A stretch of 64,000 nucleotides of DNA. It comes from the human T2T-CHM13v2.0 reference genome, Homo sapiens. Positions 43,609 through 59,920 of the stretch are shown one piece after another; the stretch's first letter is position 1; every line of letters starts with the position of its first letter. The notes under the pieces are model-generated. The model was not told the origin of the DNA and made no database searches. It was given only the letters and a program-made list of their open reading frames with translations. The position numbers and the translations under genes are program-made. The stretch lies in assembly GCF_009914755.1 (NCBI RefSeq), contig NC_060929.1, one strand, 5' to 3'.

Positions 43609-43770
<162 letters not shown>

Positions 43771-44685
43771 ATGCAGTGCTTAAAACTTTATTACATGTGT
43801 CTTGGCAATAATTTCATGGGTATGACACCAAAAGCACAAGCAATGAAAGCAAAAGTAGACAAATGGGACTACATCAAACTAGAAGTTTCTGCACAGCTAA
43901 GGAAACAACAAAGTAAGAAGGCAGCCTATGGAATTGCAGAACGTATTTGTGAACAGTTATATATGATAAAGATTAACATCCAAAATATATAAGAAACTCC
44001 TTCAACTCAATAGCAAAAACACAAATAATCCAATTTAAAACTGGACAAAGGACTTGAATAGACATTTCTCCAAAGAAGATATACAAATGGCCAAGAGGCA
44101 TATGAAAAGATGCTTAATGTCATTAATCATCAGGAAAATACAAATCAAAACCAGAGTGAGATATCATCTCACACCTGTTTGAATGGCTGTTTTTTTTTTT
44201 AAATGAAAGATTACAAGTGTTGATGAGAATGTGGAGAAATTTGAACCTTTTTGTACTGTTGATGGGAATGTAAAATGGTACAGCCACTATGGGAAACAGC
44301 ATGGAGGGTTCTCAAAAAGTTAAAAACAGAAAAACAGAAATACCATATGAAATCCCTCGATTGAGTATGTATCCAGAAGAATTGAAATCAAGATCTCAGA
44401 GAGATATTTACTTTTTCACGTTCACTGCAGCATTACTCACAATAGCCATGATGTAGAAGCAACCTAAATGTTTATCAAAAAGAAATTATATATATACACA
44501 TACACACAATGGAATGTTAGTCAGCCTTTTGAAAAACAAATCTTGTCATATGAGACAACATGAAAGAAACTTGATGTCTTTAAGCTAAGTGAAATAAGCC
44601 AGTCACAGAAGGACAAAAATTACATGATTCTATTTATTTGGGGTATCTAAAATAGTCAAACACATAGACGATTATAGTAGAATGG

Positions 44686-45083
44686 TGCTATGGTTTGAAT
44701 ATCCCCTCCAAAACTCATGCTGAAACTTAATATTGAGAGGTGGGGCCTTTAAAGGTAATTGGATCATGAGGGCTTGGCCCTCATGAAGGATTAACCCATT
44801 CATGAATGGATTAATGGGTTAATGAACTACCATGTGAGGGAAACTGGTAGCTTTAAAACAAGAGGAAGAAAGATCTGAGATAGCACACTCAGTCCCTCAC
44901 CATGGGATTCCCTGTGCTGCCTCAGGACTCTGCAGAGCCCCCACCAGCAAGAAGCTCTTACCAGATATGACCCCTCGACCTTGGACTTCTCAGCCTCCAT
45001 AACTCTGAGAAGTAAATTTTTTTCTTTATGAATTACCCAGTTTCAGGTATTCTGTTATAAGCAACAGAAAATGTTCTAAGATA
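44686..45083 (+). mobile_element. MST (MSTB1/MSTC-like) LTR inserted in the L1 3' UTR
   Basis: tgctatggtttgaat...ttggacttctcagcctcca...ggtattctgttataagcaacagaaaa; TSD (a/t)atgg. Confidence 0.85.
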
Positions 45084-45277
45084 TATGGCAACCCCCAGGG
45101 GCTGGGGGAAGAGGGAAATGGAAAGTTGTTATTTGATGGTTATGAAGTTTGAGTTATACATGATGCCTAAATTCTAGAGATCTACAGTGTGGAATTGTGT
45201 CTATAGTTAACAACGTTGTATTGTACATTTCAGAATCTGTTAAGAGGATAGATCTCATTTTAAGTGTTCTTATCGCA

Positions 45278-47630
<2,353 letters not shown>

Positions 47631-47799
47631 AAATTCTCTCGAATAAACTAACTTTTCTAAATCAGCTTATTGGCCTCCTCAAACAAACCTGTTCATCCCA
47701 GTGAGCAAGATGGGAAAGAATTCAAAATGGGACAAGAGGGGCATTTTATAGTTATTAATATATACACAAGCAAGTGTTTTTTGGAGACTGAGTATGTCA

Positions 47800-47970
47800 G
47801 TGTTCCTCAGCTTGGACACAAATTAAAATCACTTGGGGATCTTTTATAAAAATGCTATGAGGGACCCACCAGCTCAATTAAATTTGAATCTCAGGGGGAT
47901 TGGGCCAAGCCATTGTAATTATGAAGAGCCCCCTTGAGTAAGTCTAATCTGCAGCTAGGGTTAGAAATGT
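47800..47970. mobile_element. MER5-type fragment
   Basis: aaaatcacttgggga...tgaatctcagggg...tctaatctgcagctagggttaga. Confidence 0.5.
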
Positions 47971-48439
47971 TTTTCCATGTAGCAATCTCACATGCTGTCT
48001 GTCACCTTACAGTGAACCAGTCCATCAGTTTATCAACAAACAAGCATTTGCCAACTGCTGGCATATTTCCAGAAACACAACAGGCTTAATTGAATTGGTA
48101 TAATACGGTTCTTTTCTCCACGTACAGGCCCACTGGGAAGAAAGAGTGACCACCTTGGTTTCAGTTAGAGAACAATCGATTAAAACAATCTGTGTGTTAA
48201 CAATGATGCTGATCACAACATAAACACAGACAGTTGATAATATGCTATTGAATAAATTATGGCTCATTTATTCAATGAAACCTAGTCAACTACAAAAAGA
48301 TGTTAGTAATCTAGTGTTCATGCAGATGACAAAACTGTAGGTGCTAACGTCACATTTTGTAACATATCTTGATATAGAAAAAAGTTAAATGAATAAAGAA
48401 CAAATAACAGTATTAATTGCCATGTGTTAAAAAAGAAGA

Positions 48440-48680
48440 ATTGTTCAAAGGGTACAAAGTTTTAGGCAGGAGGAATAAGTTTTAGTGATCTATTAATAAT
48501 AATATATTGTATATTTCAAAATCGCTAAATGTTCTCACCACAAAAAAAAGGTAAGTATGTGAGGTGATGGATATGTTAATTAGCTTTATTTACTCCACAA
48601 TCTATACATATATTTTAACATCATACTGAATCCCATAAATATATACAATTATTATTTGTCAATTTAAAATAAAATAAGAA
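48440..48680 (+). mobile_element. L1MA 3' end fragment
   Basis: aaagggtacaaagttt...aaatgttctcaccacaaaaaaa...gtgaggtgatggatatgttaattagc. Confidence 0.85.
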
Positions 48681-49374
48681 AATAAGAATTATTTCATTTT
48701 GCTTTCATTTTTTCCCAGCCTCTTTGCAATGCATTGGAATTTCTTATGCAAAAAAATGCAAAATGTAACAAGAGAGAGTTACGTAGTGGTTTATTTTATT
48801 TAAGTCATTTTGATTATAAGAAAAATTTTGCTCCTTTTGGCTCTAGCGCAGAGGAGCAGAGGTTTTGAATGGAACTTTCACATTAAGAACTGAACAAAGT
48901 CCAGTTAGCCTAGAATTAGAACCCAGAAATTCAGGTGTAGCGCCTTCTCTGGGCTCCTCTCTTCAACAGCCTGCTCCTTCCTCAGTTTCCCTAGAAGTCT
49001 AGTTAGCTTGAGAGTGTAACTTGCCATGGAGTGGTACAGACTGTAGCCATGGCAACATGATCTTTTGAATACAGTGCCCATCCCTTTGGGCAAGTTGCTC
49101 CATCTTCCCAAGCCTTAGTTTGTCATGTGCAAATAAGGATATAATAGAACAACATCCAATATATGTTTGAGAATGATATTTCTAGCAAAGTCCCTGTTGC
49201 ATCAAAAACTTTCCCCAAATGTTCACTATAAAATGTTTACGTCCTTTCTTGTTGAAGATGTGCAACCAAGCTTCAGCATGTCCATTTATGAGGGCACAGG
49301 GAGCCCAGGATCAGGGCCCACCTGGGCATGAATGGTGCCTGTGGACTTGCAGAGTCATTCTGGGTAGAGGGCAG

Positions 49375-50670
<1,296 letters not shown>

Positions 50671-51114
50671 TCCCATGCCCATAAGATGTTTCACTGCATC
50701 TCATTTACCCGAAAGCACCCAGGTGATAACAGGTGCACACTGAGGTTCTCCACTTAGTTTGTGGAGCCTCGGGGGAAAGAAGGTTTTAGTCTGGGGTGTT
50801 GAAGGAATAAAGATGAGTCTTGACTTTTCCGAAGGGCCCTGCCTCTGTGTAACACCTGGGAAGCATCACTTGTAAGACACGCGCATTTGGAAGGGCCAGC
50901 ACGAGCTGCTCCATCTCACTGGACAATGAGGTCCCTGGTGGTTTCCAATTAGGCTGAGCTCATTGGCTTAATAGTCCGGCCCCAGCTGTTGCCTGGGCTT
51001 GAAAGAAAGAAAACTGGGTCAAGCAAATGATTTCAGGCATTCAGAGCAGTTATTTCCACTAACCAGCCTGTCTGCCCTCTGGATACTGTCAGTGCTTTGA
51101 GAATGGGCTGGCTT

Positions 51115-51260
51115 ATAGTTTCTCCACCGTGGCTGCCCATCAAGACCACCCAGGGACCCACCCACCTAGACCTGTCATCTTAGGTTCTCTAAGGTGGGCC
51201 CAGGGTTTTCTCAAAGCCACTCGGGTGATTCTAATGGCCAGCCAGGGTGGAGAACCACTA
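51115..51260. mobile_element. MER5-type fragment
   Basis: gggtgattctaatggccagccagggtggagaaccact. Confidence 0.55.
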
Positions 51261-51768
51261 GATTGGATAATCATTTGGGAAACCACTTCTCACAAGATGA
51301 AAATTAAAATACCAGTTGACTTTGTTGAAGGGGATTCAGTTTATTAGAGCAAGAAGTAGAGCCCTGCAGGGCGTGGAAATGCATTTTGGAAAGAAATGCA
51401 AATGGGGAGGAAATGGCTTGTTTCAGGACATCCAGATGCATTCTATGAGTGCGCGTCGAGTACTCCCAAGTGCAGGGTGCTAAGACACAGACAGTTGTGA
51501 ACAAGCTCAACAGGGGCCCTGCCTCCTGGAGCTGATAGTCCCCTGGAAATCAGACGGGAAGAAGGGGAAAGACGGGAAGGGGAAAGACGGGAGAGGGAGG
51601 TGATAATACAGTAGCAACACAATGTGTCCTTAAAGCTGCTAAGATCCTGAACTTGTTTTTAAACTGGAGCACAGCAGAATTCAACTCTGCCTTTAGGTGA
51701 GAAAAATCACATCACATTTGTGTTAAGAGAAAACACATCCTGAAAATTTATGAATGAAATGATAGTGT

Positions 51769-51803
<35 letters not shown>

Positions 51804-51989
51804 ATCAGGGGACCAGTCTGCATAGATATAACTAGATTAGACAAAGGTTGTCACTTGTTGGAGCTGGGTGACAGCTGCATGAGGAAGGGTCATTGTGCCA
51901 TTCTCCCCACTTTTGTATGATTGATATTTTCCATAAAAGAAACTTAACTAAATTAAATTAATAAATCAAGAGACAAAAGAATAACATAT

Positions 51990-52647
51990 TCTGATGGTTA
52001 ATACAGTGTCAACTTGATTGGACTGAAGGATGCAAAGTATTGATCCTGGGCGTGTCTGTGAGGGTGTTGCCAAAGGAGATTAACATTTGACTCAGTGGGC
52101 TGGGAAAGGTCGACCTACCCTTAATCTGGGTGGACACCATCTAATCAGCTGCCAGTATGGCTAGAACATAAAGCAGGCAGTAAAATATGAAAAGACTACA
52201 CGGGCCTAGCCTCCCAGCCTACATCTTTCTCTCATGCCAGATGCTTCCTGCCCTCGAACATTGGACTCCAAGTTCTTCAGTTTTGGGACTCAGAATGGCT
52301 CTCCTTGCTCCTCAACTTGCAGAGGGCCTGTTGTGGGACCTTGTGATCATGTGGGTTAATACTTAATAAACTCCCCTTTATATGTGTGTGGGTGTATATA
52401 TATATATATAAAGGAAACAGGGGATAGCCATGTTACAAATGCACTGAAGACCCCTGCTGATATATATATACACACACATATATATCCTATTATATATACA
52501 CATATATATCCTATTATATATACACATATATATCCTATTATATATACACATATATATCCTATTATATATACACATATATATCCTATTATATATAATATAT
52601 AATATATCCTATTAGTTCTGTCCCTCTAGAGAATCCTGACTAATACA
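51990..52647 (+). mobile_element. MLT2A2 (HERVL) solo LTR with 5-bp TSD
   Basis: gatggttaata...tgcaaagtattgatcctggg...ttgccaaaggagattaacatttga...tgtccctctagagaatcctgactaataca; TSD catat. Confidence 0.9.
52463..52613. repeat. 24-bp AT-rich tandem repeat (tatatatacacatatatatcctat) ~5-6 copies inside MLT2A2
   Basis: Directly visible; gives the repetitive THIYPIIY ORF. Confidence 0.9.
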
Positions 52648-53374
52648 CATATCAATTAAAATTTTAAAGGTATATTTAAAAAAAAAAAGCTAAGAGTTCA
52701 AAGTGGAGCAGAGAACTGTTGTATGAAACCCTTAGCAATACTCAACTTTTCAAACTCTGCACATTACTACCTGGCACACGTATAAGTCTAGAAAGCAGAC
52801 TTCTGCAAAACCCCATGTCGGGCTGCGAGCCCTGCCACAGCCTGTTGGCTGACGACATGGAGATTATCTGTTGTGGCGTGTGCCTCCCTTAGACACAGCA
52901 CGAGTGGGGAGCAGCCTCAGGGTCCACAGGCCTGAACCCCCAGCACTGGGTACAGTGTGCAGCCCAGAGAGGGCCTGAAAAACCAATGGCTATTTACAGA
53001 GCAGAAATGAATCAACACAAGCACTCATTTTCTCCCCGTACCAAGTCCGGTCAAGCCCTTGTGGAAAACGTTTCCTGTTTGGGGATCCACATTTCCAAAG
53101 AACACATTGGACAGAGTCAAGAAGAAAGTCCTTAGCCAAGGCTAACAGCACAGGCTGGGGGAGGGGAACTGTACAGGGCCACGCTGCTTCTCCACAGCAC
53201 ACCCAATGGAGGACAAGTGGGTTTCTCTTCTGGAAACAGGGGATAAGCCACGTTAGGGATGCACTGAAGACCCCTGCTGAGTGACATCTTCACAGGCCCA
53301 GGCAGGTCCTGCCTGTTTTCTCACCAGCTGTCCTGAGCACACATCACAGTCCTAGGCTCACAAGGGTGAGTGGT

Positions 53375-54320
53375 GGAGGAAAGGAAGAGAGGGAGGAGGG
53401 AAGGAGGGAGGGAGGAGGGAAGGAGGGAGGAGAGAAGGAGGGAGGGAGGAAGGGAAAGAGGGAAGAGGGAAGGAGGGTGGGAAGGAGGGAGGGAGGAAGG
53501 GAGGAAGGAGAGAAGGAGGGAGGGAGGAAGGGAAAGAGGGAGGAGGGAAGGAGGGAGGGAGGAAGGGAAAGAGGGAGGAGGGAAGGAGGGAGGGAGGAAG
53601 GGAAAGAGGGAGGAGAGAAGGAGGGAGGGAGGAAGGGAAAGAGGGAGGAGGGAAGGAGGGAGGGAGGAAGGGAAAGAGGGAGGAGAGAAGGAGGGAGGGA
53701 GGAAGGGAGGAAGGAGAGAAGGAGGGAGGGAGGAAGGGAAAGAGGGAGGAGAGAAGGAGGGAGGGAGGAAGGGAGGAAGGAGAGAAGGAGGGAGGGAGGA
53801 AGGGAAAGAGGGAGGAGAGAAGGAGGGAGGGAGGAAGGGAAAGAGGGAGGAGAGAAGGAGGGAGGGAGGAAGGGAGGAAGGAGAGAAGGAGGGAGGGAGG
53901 AAGGGAAAGAGGGAGGAGGGAAGGAGGGAGGGAGGAAGGGAAAGAGGGAGGAGGGAAGGAGGGAGGGAGGAAGGGAAAGAGGGAGGAGAGAAGGAGGGAG
54001 GGAGGAAGGGAAAGAGGGAGGAGGGAAGGAGGGAGGGAGGAAGGGAAAGAGGGAGGAGGGAAGGAGGGAGGGAGGAAGGGAAAGAGGGAGGAGGGAAGGA
54101 GGGAGGGAGGAAGGGAAAGAGGGAGGAGGGAAGGAGGGTGGGAAGGAGGGAAGGAGGAAGGGAGGGAGGAGAGAAGGAAGGAAGGAAGGAAGGAAGGAAG
54201 GAGAGAGGGAGGAAAGAAGGGGAAAGACGGGAAGGAGGAAGAAAGGGAGGGAGGGAGGAAAAAGGCAGAGAAGCGGAAGGCAGAGAAGGGAGAGAGGAGA
54301 GGGAGGGAGAAAAAAAGGAA
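53375..54320. repeat. Polypurine (G/A) VNTR with ~35-bp and ~31-bp units
   Basis: Repeated gagggaggagggaaggagggagggaggaagggaaa and variants; almost no pyrimidines. Confidence 0.95.
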
Positions 54321-54395
54321 GTAGTCTGTCATTAAGGGAGGTTATGGCATATTCCATGGGAGAACTTTTATTCTTTTATTTTTGTACCTTTTTAA

Positions 54396-54500
54396 TCTTT
54401 TTCTTTTTCTTTTTCTTTTTTTTTTTTTTTTTTAGAGACAGAGGCAGAGTCTCCCTATGTTGCTTATGCTGGTCTCGAACTCCTGAGCTCAAGAGATTAT
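54396..54500 (-). mobile_element. FLAM/AluJ monomer fragment
   Basis: Poly-T then agagac...ctatgttgc...ctggtctcgaactcctgagctcaag. Confidence 0.8.
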
Positions 54501-55602
54501 CACAGGAGACTTTTTAAAGAAAACACAAAGCTTTTTGGGATTTGGACCATTGAATTGCAATATTGAAAATGCAGTGCTCAGATCAGCGGGGAAGACCTGA
54601 GCCTTGCAGGAGGATGCCAAGACCCCAAGTTGGCAGTTCCAGGCTTCACGACTGGGTTATACACAGCGCCGGCTTCCTGGTCTCACAGGGAAACAGGTCT
54701 CGGCCTCCATCAGCCCCCAGTGTGTGCAGGGCGATCCCGCACAGGAGAAGCCTGGGGTGATGGCTCTGCGGCGAGCAAGCTGGCTGGGCTGAACTACACT
54801 GCCCAAAATTCTGTCTCGTGTGGTCCTCGTGGAGCGGACAGCAAGGGATATGCTCTCCTGAGAGTTTTAGGGGAGGGAGTCAACCTCTTTGCAGCTTGTC
54901 TGCCTGGAGGGTCTGCTGCGTGAAACAGCAGCCGGATCTGCATCTGCTCCATCCTCGGCGCCCCTCCCCAGGGCCTTCGGCTCTCCCACACCCTCGGCAG
55001 GCTGTGTGAGCCCCGGGATGAAGGCGCAGCCTCTGCAGGACACCCTCTCACCGAGGTCAGGGGCAGTGAGGACGGATGCGGGTCCCAGTCCATCCTCAGG
55101 AGGTCCTGGCTTGCGGGGCCCCAGCTCATCCTGGCGGAGTCTCACCGCGTGTTTAGGGGGTTCCCTTCCTGACCGCCTCCCTGTGGGCTTTATCACCAGC
55201 CTCTCCATGGCGTAGGCTCAGTCCCTGCGGCAAATTCCTACTCATGGTCGGCTTCTCTGGTGGAAGTCTGACTGAGAGCCACTAAATCAGGGGATCCCTG
55301 GGCCTAAGCTGACGTCGGTGGCTGAGGTCCTGGGTCGCCGCACTCACCGGTCACTCCTGTGCCCCACCACGGTCTGCCAGACTCAGTTGAGTAAGTGTGG
55401 GCAGGGTCCCTGGCTCAGGGCAGGTGGCCGTCCCAGAGTCTTTTTATTTAGCGATGCTCATCGCAACCCTAGTTTGCCGCACACCGCCTCTGCTCGCAAG
55501 GGCTCCAAAGGCCTTGGAGAAGCAGCTTGGATGGCTGGTTAAGGGTGTCACGTTTCGAGACGGGCATGAAAGGAGCCGGGGTTCCCAATTCCTGACCTCC
55601 GA

Positions 55603-55790
55603 GCAGGTTCCTCACCCTGGGCACTGCTGCCACAGGTGCACCCTGCGCACTGGAGGACATTTAGAGGTATCCCTGGCCTTTGCCCCCCTGATACCAAGAG
55701 TACCCTCCCCCCACAAGTTGTAGCAACCAAAATGTCTCCAGACATACCCTATCCCAGGGGGCAAAATCGCCCCCGATGGAGAACCACCAC
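55603..55790 (-). mobile_element. MER20
   Basis: caaccaaaatgtctccagaca...gggggcaaaatcgcccccg...gagaaccac. Confidence 0.8.
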
Positions 55791-56502
55791 CTTCGATGCG
55801 GACCAGATAAATAAAGACCGAGATACTTGAGGAGGAGGGCTGCACACTGTCCTTTTTGGGGGAAGGTCTGCCCTGCATTTCCAAGTTAAGTACTTCTTAT
55901 TCTCTTGGTATTGAACGGCCCCTTCTCTCTTGAAGATCTTGATGATCCAGAAAAGCTGTGTTTCACGATCCTTCTTGGCAATCACATTTTGGTCCCCACG
56001 ATTGCCTTTGAGAACCGTGTGGGTCTATGGAATCTGAATGCCTGAGATAGCTGCACGTGTCTCCACCCTGGCTGGTGGGCTTCTCTGCTGGTGTCCCCAG
56101 CAGGCCCCACAGTGCCTCGTGTGGCACGTGCGATGCAGAGCGAGATGTGAGTCCACAGGATCCCTGGCGTGTCTGCTAAAACACAGGTGGTGGTGGCTGA
56201 GCCCTATCAACAGCGAGCTCTGCATCAGTAGCCTGAGCTCCTCTCTTGTGGTTGGTCTTCATTTATTTCCATAACTCTGCACTCTGGACTGCTCTCCTCC
56301 AGCCTTGCACATGCCGGGGGCGGCCCTGGCAAGCACTGCTCTGTCCTGCCCTCCTTGCTGCTCCTCTGAAGGTCACACTATCCTTTGACCCTGTGCCCCA
56401 CGTCCCCACCCTGGGGAATCCTCTCTAAGTGCTTCTGTACCTTTCTTTCCTCCCTGCTCCGTGGCTCTGCTCCCCTTTCTGCGCTTACTTGTTCTGCAGG
56501 TG

Positions 56503-56690
56503 GGGATGTCAGATAAGATACAGGCTGGGCATTACATTTGGATTTCAAATAATGAATACTTTTTTAGCAAAAGTGTACCCAGAATATTGCATGGGACATA
56601 TTGTGCTTTAGAGCTATATTTGCACTGCCGATCTGTCAGTCACACGGAACTGGGGACCCTGTATTTGTATTTGCTAAATTTGGCAACCCC
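56503..56690. mobile_element. MER53, degraded
   Basis: cagataagatacagg...atattgcatgggacata...cctgtatttgtatttgctaaatttggcaaccc. Confidence 0.7.
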
Positions 56691-57863
56691 TGGCTTCCCC
56701 AGCTGAACGTTTGCCACATCCAGACTCCTCTTGTCGGCGTCTCTGGCCCAGCCTTCTCTGCGCTTCACTCACAGTTACTCCTCCCGGCGCTCCCCTGGTT
56801 TCCTCGTAGGTACGTTAAGAGCCACTGTTCACCCACAGGCCAGGGATGATGAAAGAATAGCTCCTGGCAGCAGGGCCACTATCCCCAAGATGTCAAAGGG
56901 GGAGCGGAGGGTCAGGGAGCTGCCGCAGTGCTCAGGGCTCACACGCACCATGGGCCGCCAAAGGAGGGGCTGCAAGGGAGAGCCAGCTCAAGAAGCTGGC
57001 AGGAAATGTGCACCACATCTGTGCTCTCCAAAAGCCACTGCAGCTGGAGACAGGTGTCCTGACCACTGCTTAAGGGTCCCACGGTCACATATGTCTCATG
57101 AATCAGATCCACATAGCAACATCATGTGCTTCCCTTTCCTCCTCATTCCAGATGGGGAAGCTGAGGACACACAGCCGGGCTGGACCCACGCTCTTGCCAC
57201 ATCATGTGGTTGGGTGCTGCCCTTGTATGGCAGACTGAGTAAATTACAGACAGCAAGTGACTCTCTCCCCTCTCCTGTCCCGAGGCATCAAGGGCTATGA
57301 GCTGAGAAGTCAGGGAGGGACCTGCTGAGAATGACTCCAAGCTGGAAAATGCTGAATGTTGTTCGGCACACCTGCCAAGGGTGTCTTTTGTGCTCAAGGA
57401 ATGCTTTTGACTTGATCAGAGCCCACACTCTGTGATGACAGCTGTTAACTTGATAAAGTGCAAATACATTTGTCCAGGAGAAAAGATGACCCCAGAGGCC
57501 ACACTCTTACTCTCGGTAGGCGATGGCCCAATTTTGCATGTCCGTGGCCAAGATATCCCAGCGTCTCTTTTCTGACGGACTGCATAAATCAAATGCCCAT
57601 TAAACCAGCTCCACCATCCTGCTGCTCCCCTCATTGCTGAGTGAAATGAATCTTCAACGAATTGTTGGCCACACTTCACTATATTTTAAAATTATACTCA
57701 GGCCCCGTGATAGCATGCTTGTGTTTACCATGTTCTGCATACACTGCAAACCAAGCCATGTTTAAAAAAAATTATTCAGTAAAAGTCTGGCATTATGATT
57801 TATCTATAGACTAATATATGTCTTGTCCCCTAATACCAACATCGTATCTTAAAAAAGAAAGTA

Positions 57864-58691
<828 letters not shown>

Positions 58692-59304
58692 TCAGGTAAC
58701 CCTAATTTGGACGGGAAAGGAGGCATCCCACAGGAGTGTCTCCAGGGAGGACCCGATGTGAGGGGAAGCCAGGCAGTCATCTCAGGGAGAGTGCAGGGGA
58801 CCTGGGCTCCGGCCTCACCTCAGCCCTCTCTCAACAGCAAAGCAGGTGGATAGGGGACCTGTAAGACCCAGCTGTGGGGGAGAGTCTTTTGCAAAATTCC
58901 TAGAAGCAAAGCCATGTTGTCCCTCAAAACCATTAGTCAAAGAGCCCAACAGTGTTCCAAGAAAGTCCTGGTTTCTCACAGATCTTAGCCACCTGACATT
59001 CAAGAGCAAAGTTTCTTCCCAAAGCCTCACCCAGTCACTCCATCCTTTCCACCCTGGCAACCTTCAAGGGCCAGCATGCCCTGCAATGTTTCTTTTTCTC
59101 TACAATCACTTCCTCCTTGAGCAAAGTTTCTTCTGATTCATGGCAACAAGAAAAGAAAAAACATTTGCCCTTCCTATATCTCTCTCCGCCTAAACGATGC
59201 CAAATGCTACACAAAGAAAAAAAAGAAAGAAAAGAAAAGAAATAAACAGGATGTGCCTTAAATTACAAGTGGATATTGAATGCTCATCAGTTTGAGAACA
59301 CTCT

Positions 59305-59739
59305 ATGATCCAGGGTTGCAGTGGAGAAACACAGGACAGAACCCTTAAGACATGTGGCGAGAGAGAGACAGACAGAGAAACAGGGACAGGGAGGTTTGTT
59401 TAAAGGCATTGGTTTACTAGATTATCAGGGCTGGCAAGTTCAAATCCATAGGGCAGGCCATCCAGAATGCAGGCTGGAAACTCAGGCAGGAGCTGTTGCT
59501 GCCACCTTGAGGCAGAATTTCTTCTTTCTCTGGGAAACCTGTTTTGTTCATAAGGTCTTCCATTGACGAGATGAGACCCACCCACATTTTTGAGGGTAGC
59601 CTTCCTGACTTAAAACCAATTGATTGCAGATGTTAACTGCAGCTACAAAATACCTTCAAGGCAACTCCTGAATTAGTGTTTGATTAAATAAGTGGATACG
59701 AGAACTTAGCCAAGTTGACCCATGAAACTGATGATCACA
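59305..59739 (-). mobile_element. MLT2-type LTR
   Basis: aggcagaatttcttc...aaaataccttca...tagtgtttga...gccaagttgacccatgaaa...atcaca. Confidence 0.75.
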
Positions 59740-59760
59740 AAATACAGAATTAAACTTCCA

Positions 59761-59920
59761 GCGTGGTGGTGCGCACCTGTAATCCCAGCTACTTGGGAGG
59801 CTAAGTGGGGAGGATTGCTTGCACTGAGGAAGTCAAGGCTGCAGTGAGCTGTGACTGCACCATGGCACTCCAGCCTGGGCAACAGAGTGAGATCCTGTCT
59901 CAAAAAATAGAAAAGGAAAA
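59761..59920 (+). mobile_element. AluJ right monomer/FRAM
   Basis: gaggattgcttg...gtcaaggctgcagtgagctgtga; TSD aattaa(a/c)cttcca. Confidence 0.85.

Noticed and set aside
51576-54232. Shared gaaggggaaagacggga at ~51576 and ~54216
   Set aside because: Short low-complexity purine match, plausibly chance
53344-54517. Longest ORFs (321-383 aa) on both strands
   Set aside because: Translations of the G/A repeat, which can barely encode stop codons; low-complexity G/R/E/K or P/S/L/F sequence
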